This document shows positions 1-11,928 of a DNA stretch of 64,000 nt, one piece after another. This stretch comes from Chiloscyllium plagiosum. Taxonomy: Eukaryota. How positions within the stretch are numbered: the first letter of the stretch is position 1; every line of letters begins with the position of its first letter. The stretch spans positions 9,631,350 to 9,695,349 of the forward strand of contig NC_057752.1 in NCBI RefSeq assembly GCF_004010195.1, in the 5' to 3' direction. A program made the translations under genes and the position numbers. Below the pieces are notes generated by a model, which worked only from the letters and a program-made list of their open reading frames with translations, did no database searches and was not told the origin of the DNA.

Positions 1-722
1 ACTGGGACAGCACTACTATTATAGGACAAGCCAAACAGAGAACAGCCAGGGAATTCCTAGAGGCATGGCACTCATCCACAGATTCAATCAATAAGCACAT
101 CAACCTGGACCCAATATACCGGCCACTGCAGCGGACAGCTGGAACTGACAACCGGAAGCGGCAGATTCAAACCACTACAAATGCCGGAGGAAAGATCACA
201 GAAGTGCTTCACAGCAGGATGTCACTGAGGATGTCACCTAGACAGGGGACGAAATGTCTGCAACACAAATTCATAGGACAAACAGGAAGACAGCTAACGA
301 TCCGTATCCATGAACACCAACTAGCCACGAAATGACACGACCAGCTATCCTTAGTAGCCACACACGCAGATGACAAGCAACATGAGTTCGACTGGGACAA
401 CACTACTATTATAGGACAAGCCAAACAGAGGACAGCCAGGGAATTTCTAAAGACATGGCACTCATCCACTGATTCAATCAATAAGCACGTCGACCTGGAC
501 CCAATATACCGGCCACTGCAGCGGACAGCTGGAACTGACAACCGGAAGCGGCAGATTCAAACCACTACAAATGCCGGAGGAAACATCACAGAAGCGCTTC
601 ACAGGAGGCTCCCAAGCACTGAGGATGTCACCTAGACAGGGGACGAAACGTCGGCAACACAAATTCCCAGCTCGGCGAACAGAACCACAACAATGAGCAC
701 CCGAGCTACAAATCTTCACAAA
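1..722 (+). mobile_element. Penelope-like retroelement 3' end in partial tandem (two copies, 1-271 and 272-722), GIY-YIG remnant
   Basis: From about 273 it translates IGQTGRQLTIRIHEHQLATK*HDQLSLVATH...FDWDNTTIIGQ, a GIY-YIG endonuclease pattern with a stop. Bases 1-270 are a direct repeat of 391-665. Confidence 0.85.
616..655 (+). ncRNA. Minimal type I hammerhead ribozyme motif (second copy at 222-261)
   Basis: GCA-CUGAGGA-U-GUCACCU/AGAC/AGGGGAC-GAAA-CG-UC-GGC. Confidence 0.65.
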
Positions 723-863
723 CGTTGTCTTCAAAATTATGAGAGGATAAATACTGATACTTTGATTTGCTGGCTGAATGATTCAACATTTTCTACCACA
801 AACCACTACTCAAGCAGAGCCTTTGCTTTTCTTTTAACGTTCTACAGATTAATAATTACTCAC

Positions 864-926
864 CTTACTGAGTTTCTCGATTTGACGATTTAATTCAGCA
901 ATGCTGGCAGAAGGATGATCATCCAT
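864..926 (-). CDS. BAZ2A: Exon (MDDHPSASIAELNRQIEKLSK), 63 nt, phase 0-0
   Basis: SI.EL.RQIEKLSK matches BAZ2. Acceptor cccttcttag, donor AG|GTGAGT. Confidence 0.92.
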
Positions 927-1237
927 CTAAGAAGGGCAGTTGAGAGGCATATATTAACAGCGAGAACTAACAGATACACCGTCTTATTCATTGTTTTAGA
1001 CTCAATTCTTTTGCTGCAGTTTTTTATTCTTAGTTTTCTGACCTATCATTCTCTGCACCACAAACCTCAAGCAAGCTGCTTGTGAACTGACCGTGAAAAA
1101 GTGCTTATCAATTCGGATGAAATTTATAACATCATTCCCACGGCTCAGTAGGATGGCTGGTGTGTGTATAATGAAAAAATATTGCTGAGACGCATTTGGA
1201 GGCTTCCTTACAAGATTCAGCTCAAAGCAATGTTCAG

Positions 1238-1675
1238 ATAGTGTAGACAGAGCTTTACCCTGTGCTGTCCCTGAGAGTGTTTGATGGGGACGGTGTAGAG
1301 GGATCTTTATTCTGTATCTAACCCTGTCCTGGGAGTGTTTGATGGGGACAGTGTAGAGGGAGCTTTACTCTGTATCTAACCCCGTGCTGTCCCTGTCTCT
1401 GGGAGTGTTTGAGGGGGGGACGGTGTAGAGGGTGCTTTACTCTGTATCTAACCCTGTGCGGTCCCTGTACTGGGAATGTTTGGGGGGAGGGGAGAAAACA
1501 GTGTAGAGGTAGCTTTACTCTGTATCTAACCTTTTGCTGTCGCTGTCGTGGGAGTGTTTGAGGGGGACAGTGTAGGGAGAGCTTTACTCTGTATCTAACC
1601 TCATACTGTTCATATCCAGGGAGTGTTTGATGGACACTGCATAGAGAAAGATTTACTGTGTGTCTCACCCTGTGC
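1238..1675. repeat. Minisatellite, about 6-7 units of 55-75 bp
   Basis: Unit GTGTAGAGGGAGCTTTACTCTGTATCTAACCCCGTGCTGTCCCTGTCCTGGGAGTGTTTGATGGGGACA. Confidence 0.92.
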
Positions 1676-1908
1676 ATCAAATATTTTCCAGAGTGATCTG
1701 CAGAGAAGGGTGTTTTCAGGGGTTGGTGGTAGAGTGACTTCAGTTCACTTTTGTATACCTGACAGTACCAATCACAGACAGCCGCTAGAGGAAGTGTTCC
1801 TATCTTTGCTGCATCAGCTAGGGAAGGGATATTGCATAAAAAGGAAACTAGACAAACGGAAAAGGAATAATTGGTGGTTTAAGGAAACAGCCTAAAATAT
1901 AATTTAAC

Positions 1909-2101
1909 CTTAATCATTCCATCAATCTTTCTTTCTGATGATTTATCTTTTGTTTCCTCCTTCACACTCTCCTCGGCCCTTGTGCTTGCTGCTATACTGT
2001 TGTGGCCTTCTTCAGAACAGAGGCCTTGCTTTCGCCTCTTGCTGTCCACAATGCTATCGGCCTCCTGAATTCCTTTCTTCTTTGCCAGAGCTCTCTTTAA
2101 C
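1909..2101 (-). CDS. BAZ2A: Exon (LKRALAKKKG...ERKIDGMIK), 193 nt, phase 2-0
   Basis: Continues LRR|LK..LAK. Acceptor ttctcctggtag. The donor AG|GTTAAA is weak, so the 3' boundary is less certain. Confidence 0.8.
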
Positions 2102-2349
2102 CTACCAGGAGAAATGAACAATTTTTTTTTAAAAAAGGCCTTTCACCTCAGTTTGTGTCCTGTTAACGATATGCAGGGAATCAGAGCCCAGAGCTTGGTG
2201 GTTGTCTGTAATGCAGTGTGGCAAGAATAAGACAAGATCTTCACTTGTGGCAAGGCTGACAAACAAAACAATTCGCTGCATGCAAGTAACTTGAAATAAC
2301 GCCAACCTACCAGTTTCTCCCTGTCAGGAATCTGCCGCAAGGGAAGGCA

Positions 2350-2685
2350 GGGGTGCAACAGTAACGTAGGTGGATGAGCAAACCCAGGCCAATGCTCTGG
2401 GGACAGAGGTTCGAATCCCACTATAGCAGATGGTGGAATTTGAATTTTTTTTAAAAACTGAAATAAAGAGCTTGCCTAATTTGCAATCTTGTTGATTTGT
2501 CTTAAAAAACCCACCTTGTTCACTGTGCCCTTTAAATAAGGAAATTTGCCATCCCCACTTGGCCTGGCCTACGGATGACCAGCAATGTGTCTGACTCTTA
2601 ACTGCCCTTTGGGAAATTAGGGATGGACAAAAAAATGCTGCTCTGGCCAGTGATGCTTACATCCCGTGAACAAATAAAAAAAAAC
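2350..2685 (+). mobile_element. tRNA-derived SINE, family not determined
   Basis: GGTTCGAATCCC B-box, a tail shared with the LINE-type 3' ends in this window, and an A-rich end. Confidence 0.5.
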
Positions 2686-2758
2686 ATTTTTGCACTACAG
2701 CAAGGAAGCTACCAGAATAAACCAATTGTGGGCTTAGGTTGGGGGTGGCGCGAATCAT

Positions 2759-2786
2759 ACATATATATATATATATGATTCGCGCC

Positions 2787-2818
<32 letters not shown>

Positions 2819-2824
2819 NNNNNN

Positions 2825-2903
<79 letters not shown>
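2759..2903. repeat. (TA)n/(CA)n microsatellite with a 6-N gap
   Basis: Seen directly. Confidence 0.97.
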
Positions 2904-2907
<4 letters not shown>

Positions 2908-3330
2908 GGGTAATGTCTCTGCCCTAACCTAGTGGCTGCTGAGGCCAATTGTCATCAGCTCCCCCTGCCCTGCTGAGATCTGCCAACCCAGGCCTGCGAT
3001 TGAACCAGAAACCTTTTGGTGTCTATGGCTCTGCAATGCTTCAGGCAACACATGACCCAGCAGGAGAACGGAGATGGTGATTTGTGACATTGTGAGAATT
3101 CTGGATTGGAGGAGACACTGAGCTTATGGAAAAAAGCTTAATTAACAGCTAGTCCTGCTGCAACACTTGGTTAATGAGTGTGTACAAAAGAAAGTATATA
3201 TGAGTTCAGAACTGTCACACATACCGAGGAAATGAGCATTTGATGATGATTCATAGCTTGAAAAATGGTCAGAGTAAGAAGGCACCAGAGTACGATCTAG
3301 GTTCACATGCACAATTCAGCACTCTGTTAA

Positions 3331-3626
3331 TCATAGAATCCCTACAGTGTGGAAACAGGCCCTTCGGCCCAACAAGCCCATACCAACCTACTCTACATTT
3401 ACTCCTAACTAACACATCCCTGAACACTACGGGGCAATTTATCATGACCAGTTCACTTAACCTGCACATCTTTGGATTGTGGGAGGAAACCAGAGCACCC
3501 GGTTGAAAAAAAAGCAGACACAGGGAGAATGTGCAAACTCTACACAGGCAGTTGCCCAAGGCTGGAATCGAACCCAGGACCCTGGTGCTGTGAGGCAGCA
3601 GTGCTAACCACTGAGCCACCGTGCCC
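3331..3626 (-). mobile_element. HE1-type V-SINE (tRNA-derived)
   Basis: tRNA-like head with A/B boxes, V-core GTTTGCACATTCTCCC, CR1-like tail GGGCCTGTTTCCACACTGTAGGGA. Confidence 0.85.
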
Positions 3627-3980
3627 ACACCCTCAATCTTAAGTTGCCTCAATCTTAATGGTGCCACATTGGAAGAGGTACTCAACACCAGAATGTTTCT
3701 CGTACCAAAGGCTTCGGAGGCAGATTATAATTAAAAACCAAGGTCCAGTTATCGCAGCCTCCTTGTCACACATGGTCTTGACCAGCTCAGACACCAGACT
3801 GCATGTCACTCATTCATTTGCTGTTGTTATCACAGTTTCAGTGTTGCATTGGGACAAACAGGAAAGAGAATATGAATTAGCATACTTTGTTTTGAGAAGG
3901 AATCCCTGAGGTCCAGATCCACTCATTATGATAAAACCTTTTTTGGTGCTTCTAAAGGGACTGGAAATGGAATACCTTAC

Positions 3981-4055
3981 CTCCTCAGTTTGCCATCCAC
4001 GATCCACTTGTTCTTCCGAATGTTGGCACGATGATCTATGTTTTTATCTATTTCC
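3981..4055 (-). CDS. BAZ2A: Exon (EIDKNIDHRANIRKNKWIVDGKLR), 75 nt, phase 2-2
   Basis: EIDK...RKNKWIV.G.LR matches BAZ2. Donor AG|GTAAGG. Confidence 0.93.
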
Positions 4056-4486
4056 CTGCACAGATCAAATCAAGAGCCACGCTTTAATATCATCGCTTTC
4101 TTCATGCTTTGCATATTGTCTTTAGATTCTTTTTCTCAATTATCTAGTTCCTTCTTCCAGGTTCTCCATTCCGATTAGCTGTTTTGAGAGCAGCCATTGC
4201 AGCTATGAGGAGTTTGGCTCAGGCCGGTTTCTCCTCCAATAGGCTCCTAACCCAACTTACAAAGCAGAAGAATAAGGGCTCACACTCACTCAAGTTAGGC
4301 ACCAATTTCAACCGTGTTGGAACTAGCCCAGAGACAAAATGCAAAATCAATTCAGTCACTGGAGCCTGGACACTATGAAGGGACAGCTCCAGAAGAGACA
4401 CCTGAACTGTTCTGGTAATTCACACCAGAGCCAGCAAGAGAGAAAGTGACAAAGATCTGCTAACTCAGTACAGACTATGAAATGAC

Positions 4487-4570
4487 TTCGAGAAGGGCTC
4501 ATGCCCGAAACGTCGATTCTCCTGCTCCTTTCCTTGGACCTGCTGCGCTTTTCCAGCAACACATTTTCAG
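4487..4570 (+). mobile_element. Short Penelope terminal-repeat insertion
   Basis: Contains gggctcatgcccgaaacgtcgatt. 12-bp TSD CTATGAAATGAC at 4475-4486 and 4571-4582. Confidence 0.75.
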
Positions 4571-4681
4571 CTATGAAATGACCTCTCCCTTTTTCAAAAA
4601 TGTGTCAGCGGAGCCAGTATTAACTACAATCAATGGCTGGCTCTTCTGCAAGTTAAGCAAGTACCACGTTTTGCCTCCTAC

Positions 4682-4896
4682 CTTATCACTATGCTGCTCC
4701 CCAGCAGCTCATTGACGAGGAAGGCTAGCACTGCTGCCTTTTTCTCAGAGCAGTGTGCCTGGAATGATTTGCTTTTCAGCCCTTCACAAAGCTCTGTTTC
4801 AGCACCGTAAGACTCCAGGAAAATCCGCAGCACTTCTGACACATTATCCCGGTTGATTCCAATATCACAGATTCGCTGCCCAAGAAATGTTGCTGA
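4682..4896 (-). CDS. BAZ2A: Post-DDT/WHIM1 exon (SATFLGQR...KKAAVLAFLVNELLGSSIVI), 215 nt, phase 0-2
   Basis: RDNVSE.L and K.A.LAFLVNEL motifs of BAZ2. Acceptor ttttccag, donor AG|GTAGGA. Confidence 0.95.
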
Positions 4897-4994
4897 CTGG
4901 AAAAGTGAAGGATTTGATTGATGACACACCATATATGGGAAAGCTACATATACAACATGTAAAATATAAAGCTTGCTTCAGCTCAATATGCAGG

Positions 4995-5730
4995 ACTATA
5001 GATCTTGGAATAGTATAGCACAGGAACAGGCCCTTCAGCCCACCATGTCTGTGCCAAACATGATGCCATTCTAAACTAATCCCATCTGCCTGCACATGGT
5101 CCGTATCCTTGACCGTTCATTTGTCTGTCTAAATGCCTCTTAAATGTTGCCGTCATATCTGCTTCTCCCACCTCCTTTGGCAATACTTTCCAAGCACCTA
5201 CCCACCCTCCTTTTAAAAAGACTCTGACTTACCCATCTTATCCATACCTCTCAATTTTATATGCTTCTATCAGCTCAACCCCTACCCTCCTAAACTCGAG
5301 TCAAAACAATTTTTGAAAAGCCTTTCACCTCAGTTTGTGTCCTGTTAACAATATGCAGGGCATCAGAGCCCAGTGCTTAATGGACTCAGGGACTTGCATC
5401 CACCCCAAGATCCGTTCTTGTATCAATGCCACTACAGGTCCTGCCACTTGCTGTATATTTTACTCTTGCATTTAGCGCCCCCAAAAATGTCTCACCAACT
5501 CCATCTTTCTCTGCCCAACTTTCCAACTGATCTGTATGCTGCTGTATCCTTCGACAACCTTCCTCACTATCCGCAACTGTTGTCCATGTTGACAACATCC
5601 ACTGCCCTGCTCTCATCAATCAACTTTGTCACTTCTTTAAAAAAAACTCAATGAAATTTGAGACAAGACCTTCCCCCTTACATGCTGACTATCCCATACA
5701 AGTCCATTCCTTTCCAATAATAGAATCTTG
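4995..5730 (-). mobile_element. Degenerate CR1 LINE fragments
   Basis: CR1 3'-end sequence at 5000-5280; ORF 5386..5619 DSEEGCRRIQQ..DQLESWAEK. Confidence 0.7.
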
Positions 5731-5807
5731 TTATACTGTAAGGGATTACACAGGAGATAACATATATGGTGAAGTCTTAATGCACAATAAACAATGCTCA
5801 AAAGGTT

Positions 5808-5912
5808 GAAGGAGGAGACGAAGAAGGAGGAGACGGAGGAAACGACGGAGGAGGAGACGACGACGACGGAGTGTGTGTGTGTGTGTGTGTCTGTCTGTCT
5901 CTCTCTCTCTCT
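5808..5912. repeat. Compound (GGA/CGA)n-(GT)n-(CT)n simple repeat
   Basis: Seen directly. Confidence 0.9.
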
Positions 5913-6460
5913 CGGTGGTGGGGGCGGGGGGGGTAACTGGGATTTCTAGGACCATAGCAGGTCACAGAGCGAACAGCTAAGATTACAAATTTCTTAATTA
6001 GAAGGAAGACTCTTTGCCAATTCACCCTACCAAGGCCCTTGCTTATTTAAAAACCTCAATAAACTCTCCTCTTAGACTTCTCTGCTTCAGTGTAAATCAG
6101 ATTCTCAAATTTCTCTGTATAACTACAGTTGCCAACTTTCGCATCATCCTGATGAACCTATGTTGTCCACCCTGTGTGGCTCTAATGTCTGCGGCTCTCA
6201 AAACCTAGCTGTCACTGAACACGGTCTTCTACTAATGTATTACATTTTTGGCTTTGTGCTTTTCTATAGGTCTTCACTGAATTTATAAAAGCTGAAATGC
6301 TACCGTATTTACAGCTTTACCTTTCTACACTTCCAGAATATTATATATCGGAATCCCTTACCACTGTGTATTCCCCATTCAAAATGTATTGTTTCACACT
6401 TCTCTATATAAAAAAAATGTTCGTCAACCAAAACATTTGTTATATGTTCGCCCATTCTGT

Positions 6461-6776
6461 TTTAGATTAGATTCCCTACAGTGTGGAAACAGGCCCTTCG
6501 GCCCAACAAGCCCACACCGACCCTCCGAAGAGTAACCCGCCCAACCCCATTTCCCTCTGACAAACGCACCTAACACTCTGGGCAATTTAGCACGGCCAAT
6601 TCACCTGATCTGCACATCTTTGGACTGTGGGAGGAAACTGGAGCACCCGGAGGAAACCCACGCAGACACGGGGAGAATGTGCAAACTCCACAGACAGTCG
6701 CCCAAGGCTGGAATTGAACCTGGGACCCTGGTGCTGTGAGGCAGCAGTGTTAACCACTGAGCCATCATGCCACCCC
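6461..6776 (-). mobile_element. HE1-type V-SINE
   Basis: Full head, core and (TCTAA)n tail. Confidence 0.88.
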
Positions 6777-7196
6777 ACGGTGTATGGTGTATGTCTTGGA
6801 TGGTGTATTCCATCACACTCCTGACTTGTGCCTTTGTAGATAGTGGACAGGCTTTGGGGAGTGAGGTGGTGAAGGACTTATTGCAGGGTGTGTCACCTCA
6901 GACTTGCTCTTTTAGCCACTGTATTTATATGGCTAGTCCAGTTCAATTTCTGGTCAATGGTAGCTCTCAGGATATTGATAGTGAGGGAAAATCAGTAACA
7001 GAGTGATGGCTGGATTCTCTCTTGTTTGAGATGGTTATTTCCTAGTACTTGCAGGGTGTGAATTTTACTAGCCACTTATCAGCCCAAGCATGGATATTTT
7101 CCAACTCTTGATGCATTTGAACATGGACTGCTTCAATATCTGAGGAGATGTCAATGGTGCTGAACATTGTGCAATCAACAGTGAACATCCCCACTT

Positions 7197-8010
7197 AGAG
7201 TCATAGAGATGTACAGCACAGAAACAGACCCTTCAGTCCAACCCGTCCATACCAACCAGATATCCCAACTCAATCTAGTCCCACTCCATACCAACCAGAT
7301 ATCCCAACCCAATCTAGTCCCACCTGCCAGCACCCGGCCCATATCCCTCCAAACCCTTCCTATTCATATACCCATCCAAATGCCTTTTAAATGTTGCAAT
7401 TATACCAGCCTCCACCACTTCCTCTGGCAGCTCATTCCATACATGTACCACCCTCTGCATGAAAACATTGTCCCTTAAGTCTCTTTTATATCTTTCCCCT
7501 CTCACCCTAAACTTATGCCCTCTAGTTCTGGACTCCCCCACCCCAGGGAAAAGATTTTGTCTCTTTACCCTATCCATGCCCCTCATAATTTTGTAAACCT
7601 CGAAATTGTCACCCCTCAGCCTCCGACGCTCCAGGGAAAACAGCCCCAGCCTGTTCAGCCTCTCCCTGTAGGTCAAACCCTCCAACCCTGGAAACATCCT
7701 TGAAAATCTTTTCTGAACCCTTTCAAGTTTCACAACATCTTTCCGATAGGAAGGAGACCAGAATTGCATGCAATATTCCAATAGTAGCCTAACCAATGTC
7801 CTATACAGCCACAACATGACCTCTTAACTCCTATACGCAATACTCTGACCAATAAAGGAAAGCATACCAAACGCCTTCTTCACTATCCTATCTACCTGCG
7901 ACTCCACTTTCAAGGAGCTATGAACCTGCACTCCAATGTCTCTTTGTTCAGCAACATTCCCCAGGACCTTACCATTAAGTGTATAAGTCCTGCTAAGATT
8001 TGCTTTCCCA
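7197..8010 (-). mobile_element. CR1 LINE 3' fragment
   Basis: 167-aa ORF 7314..7817 matches the CR1 ORF2 C-terminus; (TCTATGAC)-type tail. Confidence 0.92.
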
Positions 8011-8290
8011 AACTGTTCTGACCTTATAACAGAGGGTAGGTCATTGATGAAGCAAGTGAAGATGGTTTAACACCTACCTAATGCCCACCACGTTAATAAA
8101 ATTGAACAGAGCTGATATATAATTAACACTGAGCTTTGTGGGTACAGTATGTCCAACCCATTTCCAACTGGAGCAACACTTATTGACCCTAACTCTCATT
8201 TCTGTACCCATCAGCCAACTTTCTCTCTGTGCTGCTACATTTGGTTTGGTTGGAGAATTTGGAACACAGTCACTTGTTCAGTCTCCATAC

Positions 8291-8545
8291 CTGGTATTTA
8301 TGTGGCAATCCTGGATCGAGCACTGCAATCTGGAGTAATCGAATGAGCAGATCCTGGATATCAGCCATATTGTCTCCAACATTCAGCAGCCCTTCCTGGA
8401 GTGTATTCAAGCTGGGCACATCCCTGCTGGGGTCGAAGCCGAGCACCTTGCCATAGTTGTGCAAAAACTCAATGACTATGAGACAGTTAGAAAAGGCACA
8501 GCCAGAAAGCACCAGGCCTGGAATGGGGACAAACTCCGGCAAAGG
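8291..8545 (-). CDS. BAZ2A: DDT-domain exon (PLPEFVPIPGL...EFLHNYGKVLGFDP...DPGLPHKYQ), 255 nt, phase 0-0
   Basis: Clear BAZ2 DDT sequence. Acceptor tttcttccag, donor AG|GTATGG. Confidence 0.96.
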
Positions 8546-9573
8546 CTGGAAGAAAAATGGAGGACTATCTATGAATATGGCAGAATTGCATACCCAGGTA
8601 ACCACACCATCTCCATTATTATTGCATGGAGTAACAGTAAACCTACAGAAATATCTAAAGCAAAGTTAAACAGCTCCTTCAATATTTGACACCACCACAA
8701 CTCTAAATTCACTAGCTCCTTATCTCCCTTCCTTATCTGAGGGTACTGACTCACTGGGTTAAAGTGTTATGGTTAGGGTTCCCAATCCTGGATTAATTCC
8801 TGGAGACACCAGGATGCTTCATTTTCATTTCACATCCATCCAGAGTTGGCAATACCTCTGGTATCTCAGCCAAGAAACCATTCTCCAAGAAGCCTCAAAA
8901 GTGAGTAGGTCATAGAACTCTCAACAATGAGCATACCACAGTCAAGAGCAATAGCAGAGAAAGCCACATTTTGTCTGCACATGCAGACATTCTAGTATTG
9001 CGTAAATGAGTAATGATCATCGCATCTCTGAGCTTTTCCGCTCCTAACCTCAGGAATGTTGAGCTTGCTTGTATCGCCCCAGATCAGCCAGTTCAGTCAC
9101 TAAACGGTGCAACAGCAAACAGCACCAACCAGAAACGGTGCCAGGTTTGAATCCTGTTTTGTGGCCAGATCACTGGTTTCACCCAAAGTACTAGTTCAGG
9201 TACATTGGGCACTACAATGATCACTTGGATTAGGTTATGGAACAATCAGTCAGGGTTCCCAGTCCTCAGTCCTGACTGACTCTCAGCAGGCATGGTGTGT
9301 AGAACAGAATCAGGTTCAGATGACCAATATTGTTGAATGGCCTAGTGACACTTGCTTTCTAAGCTTCCAGACGATGTGCAAACACTTAAATGATGTACTA
9401 ATTTCATTCACTAAGTCTGACAGTCATAAACATTTTCTGATAATAAAATTGAGGGAAAATAATGAATGCTTGGACTCAAAGGAGTAATCACTGTTTTACA
9501 TAGCATGTACTATATGAGCCTGACCTTTTCCTTTCGCAGTTGGCTCTAGGTTTGGTGTCAGGTAGAGGTTTAC

Positions 9574-9747
9574 CTTGTGATCAGTTAAATACAGGTCTTC
9601 GATGGGTTTCTTCATCTCCTGCCCGAGCTGCAGCTTCTGCTGTTTCCCTTTCAGTTTCTGCTGCTTCCTCTTTTGCTTGTCCTTCTGATCCTTTCTCAAC
9701 CTTTGGGCTTTCTGCAGCTTCTGCTCTGGTTCAAGTTGAGACTGTCC
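9574..9747 (-). CDS. BAZ2A: Coiled-coil exon (GQSQLEPEQK...EMKKPIEDLYLTDHK), 174 nt, phase 0-0
   Basis: EMKKP.ED..L.DH motif that precedes the DDT domain in BAZ2 proteins. Donor AG|GTAAAC. Confidence 0.9.
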
Positions 9748-10149
9748 CTGTTATACAGGGATGAAAAAACAGCATTAGAGATTCACTACATCTTTTCCTT
9801 GACAATTGACTCTTGCTGTTGACTCTAGTTGACTCTTGCTGACACACATGCACACTTGCTGTCCGCTCTTCCTGTGTGAATCCAGGCACATGCTAGTGGT
9901 CTATTTGACTCGAGAGGCTTAACCCAATCTTGAACCAAGGATTTAACCTCGAACCTTCAGATCTATATGGCTGCTACATGCTGTGCTTACCAACTGAGCC
10001 ATTCAGGGAGTCAGACTGCAAATTCACCATCATCTGTCGAGAAGCCGGGAATCCCATAGGCATGATCAAATTAAATGGGAGAACCTGCCTGAAGGGCTGA
10101 ATGGTCTTCCTCTGTTCTTATGCCAGTGTTCTACTGGGCTCTGTAAACA

Positions 10150-10910
10150 TGGAGTCAAGATTAGAGTGGTGCTGGGAAAGCACAGTGGGTCAGGCAGCAT
10201 CCAAGGTGCAGGAAAATCGATATTTCAGGCTAAAGCCCTTCATCAGCAATGAGGCTGGNNNNNNNNNNNNNNNNNNNNNNNNNNNNNNNNNNNNNNNNNN
10301 NNNNNNNNNNNNNNNNNNNNNNNNNNNNNNNNNNNNNNNNNNNNNNNNNNNNNNNNNNNNNNNNNNNNNNNNNNNNNNNNNNNNNNNNNNNNNNNNNNNN
10401 NNNNNNNNNNNNNNNNNNNNNNNNNNNNNNNNNNNNNNNNNNNNNNNNNNNNNNNNNNNNNNNNNNNNNNNNNNNNNNNNNNNNNNNNNNNNNNNNNNNN
10501 NNNNNNNNNNNNNNNNNNNNNNNNNNNNNNNNNNNNNNNNNNNNNNNNNNNNNNNNNNNNNNNNNNNNNNNNNNNNNNNNNNNNNNNNNNNNNNNNNNNN
10601 NNNNNNNNNNNNNNNNNNNNNNNNNNNNNNNNNNNNNNNNNNNNNNNNNNNNNNNNNNNNNNNNNNNNNNNNNNNNNNNNNNNNNNNNNGTTAAGAGTGC
10701 AATAGGTGGATGGAGGTGGGGGTAAAGGTGTTAGATCAGAGGGGAGGGTGAAGCAGATAGGTGGGAAGGAAGATGGACAGGTCATGGGGGACGGTGCTGA
10801 GCTGGAAGGTTGGAACTGGGGTAAGGTGGGGGGAGGCAAAATGAGGAAACTGGTGAAGTCCACGTTGATGTCCTGGGGTTGAAGGGTTCCGAGATGGAAG
10901 AGGAAATTTT
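10150..10910 (-). mobile_element. Penelope-like 3' fragment spanning the assembly gap
   Basis: Right of the gap reads GTLQPQDINVDFTSF (GIY-YIG C-terminus). Left of the gap is the hammerhead-bearing terminal repeat (CTGATGAAGGGCTTTAGCCTGAAA on minus). Confidence 0.7.
10259..10689. other. Assembly gap (N run)
   Basis: Seen directly. Confidence 0.99.
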
Positions 10911-11928
10911 CCGGAGTTGTCCCAGCAAATACAACAGGATCAGCAAAGTAAAACCAACTGGCAATAAATTGTTACAGGGCCATGATTGTTAACAGTGAGA
11001 GAGGACAACTGAAATTACAGACAATACGCAGCACAGAAACTAACTACTCAATCCAACCAATCTCACCAAGACTCTTGGAGGTAGGGGTTGGGCTGGTTAC
11101 TGCTGGTTAGATACACTCTCTCGGTACTCAGTCATACAAAACATGACAGTACCACACTCAATCACTGGTTTGTGCTGAATTAACAAGCCTCAGCCTGACT
11201 GACCTTAGTATCGGGCACTAAAGCAAGAGAGAAACAGCTAAAGCTGTATCCCGATGCATTAGCCAGTCCATAGGTACAGAATAGACCTTTGAGGGAAGTG
11301 GTAGAGAACTGGTAGAACCTGTGGACATGTATCCCAGTAAGTCAGGCGTTTCAAGAATGGACAAAAAAAGGGCAAGCCTTACTTAAGCTGGATAGGTTCA
11401 AACAGCATCAGCTTACGATTGCATCCACTGTCAGAACCAGTGTCAATCAGAACTTGAGTGGGGAACAGACCAAACCAATGTACATTCTTCCTCTTTGCCT
11501 AGGATGTCAGAATCAGGCACTTAGCAACACAGGTTAGATGTAAATCCGAGTTTTCTCTGGACTGCCTTAGCCCCGATCCCAGAAAACAACCATATAGTAA
11601 CGTCAGCATGGCAATTTACCACACAAGCTGCTCTTGCAGCTTCTCGGACAAGGTTGGCCAATTAGTGTTAATTAGAAATGAATTCTGTTTTATTTCCAGC
11701 ACACTCAGGTCTCCAGGCAACTGGGTTGAAAACCCAGAGCAGTACATTTCATGTGGAAGTTGTAGCAGTTGTCAGACTGAGTGGCTTTACTTCCATCAGG
11801 TCAGGTTGCACTGAATTGTGCCAGCTGAATTCTTATATTACCAAAGGTTTTTCATTTCAAACACAAACAAAAATAGAAATTGCTCAAAAATCTCAGCAGA
11901 TCTGGCAACATCTGTGGAGAGAAATCAG

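Noticed and set aside
1238..1675. CRISPR-like regular repeats
   Set aside because: No unique spacers and a eukaryotic intron context; it is a tandem repeat.
5286..5300. 15-bp match CCTCCTAAACTCGAG shared with 61936-61950
   Set aside because: Does not extend on either side; compatible with chance.
10101..10863. Long ORFs of 158-206 aa
   Set aside because: Artefacts of the N run.
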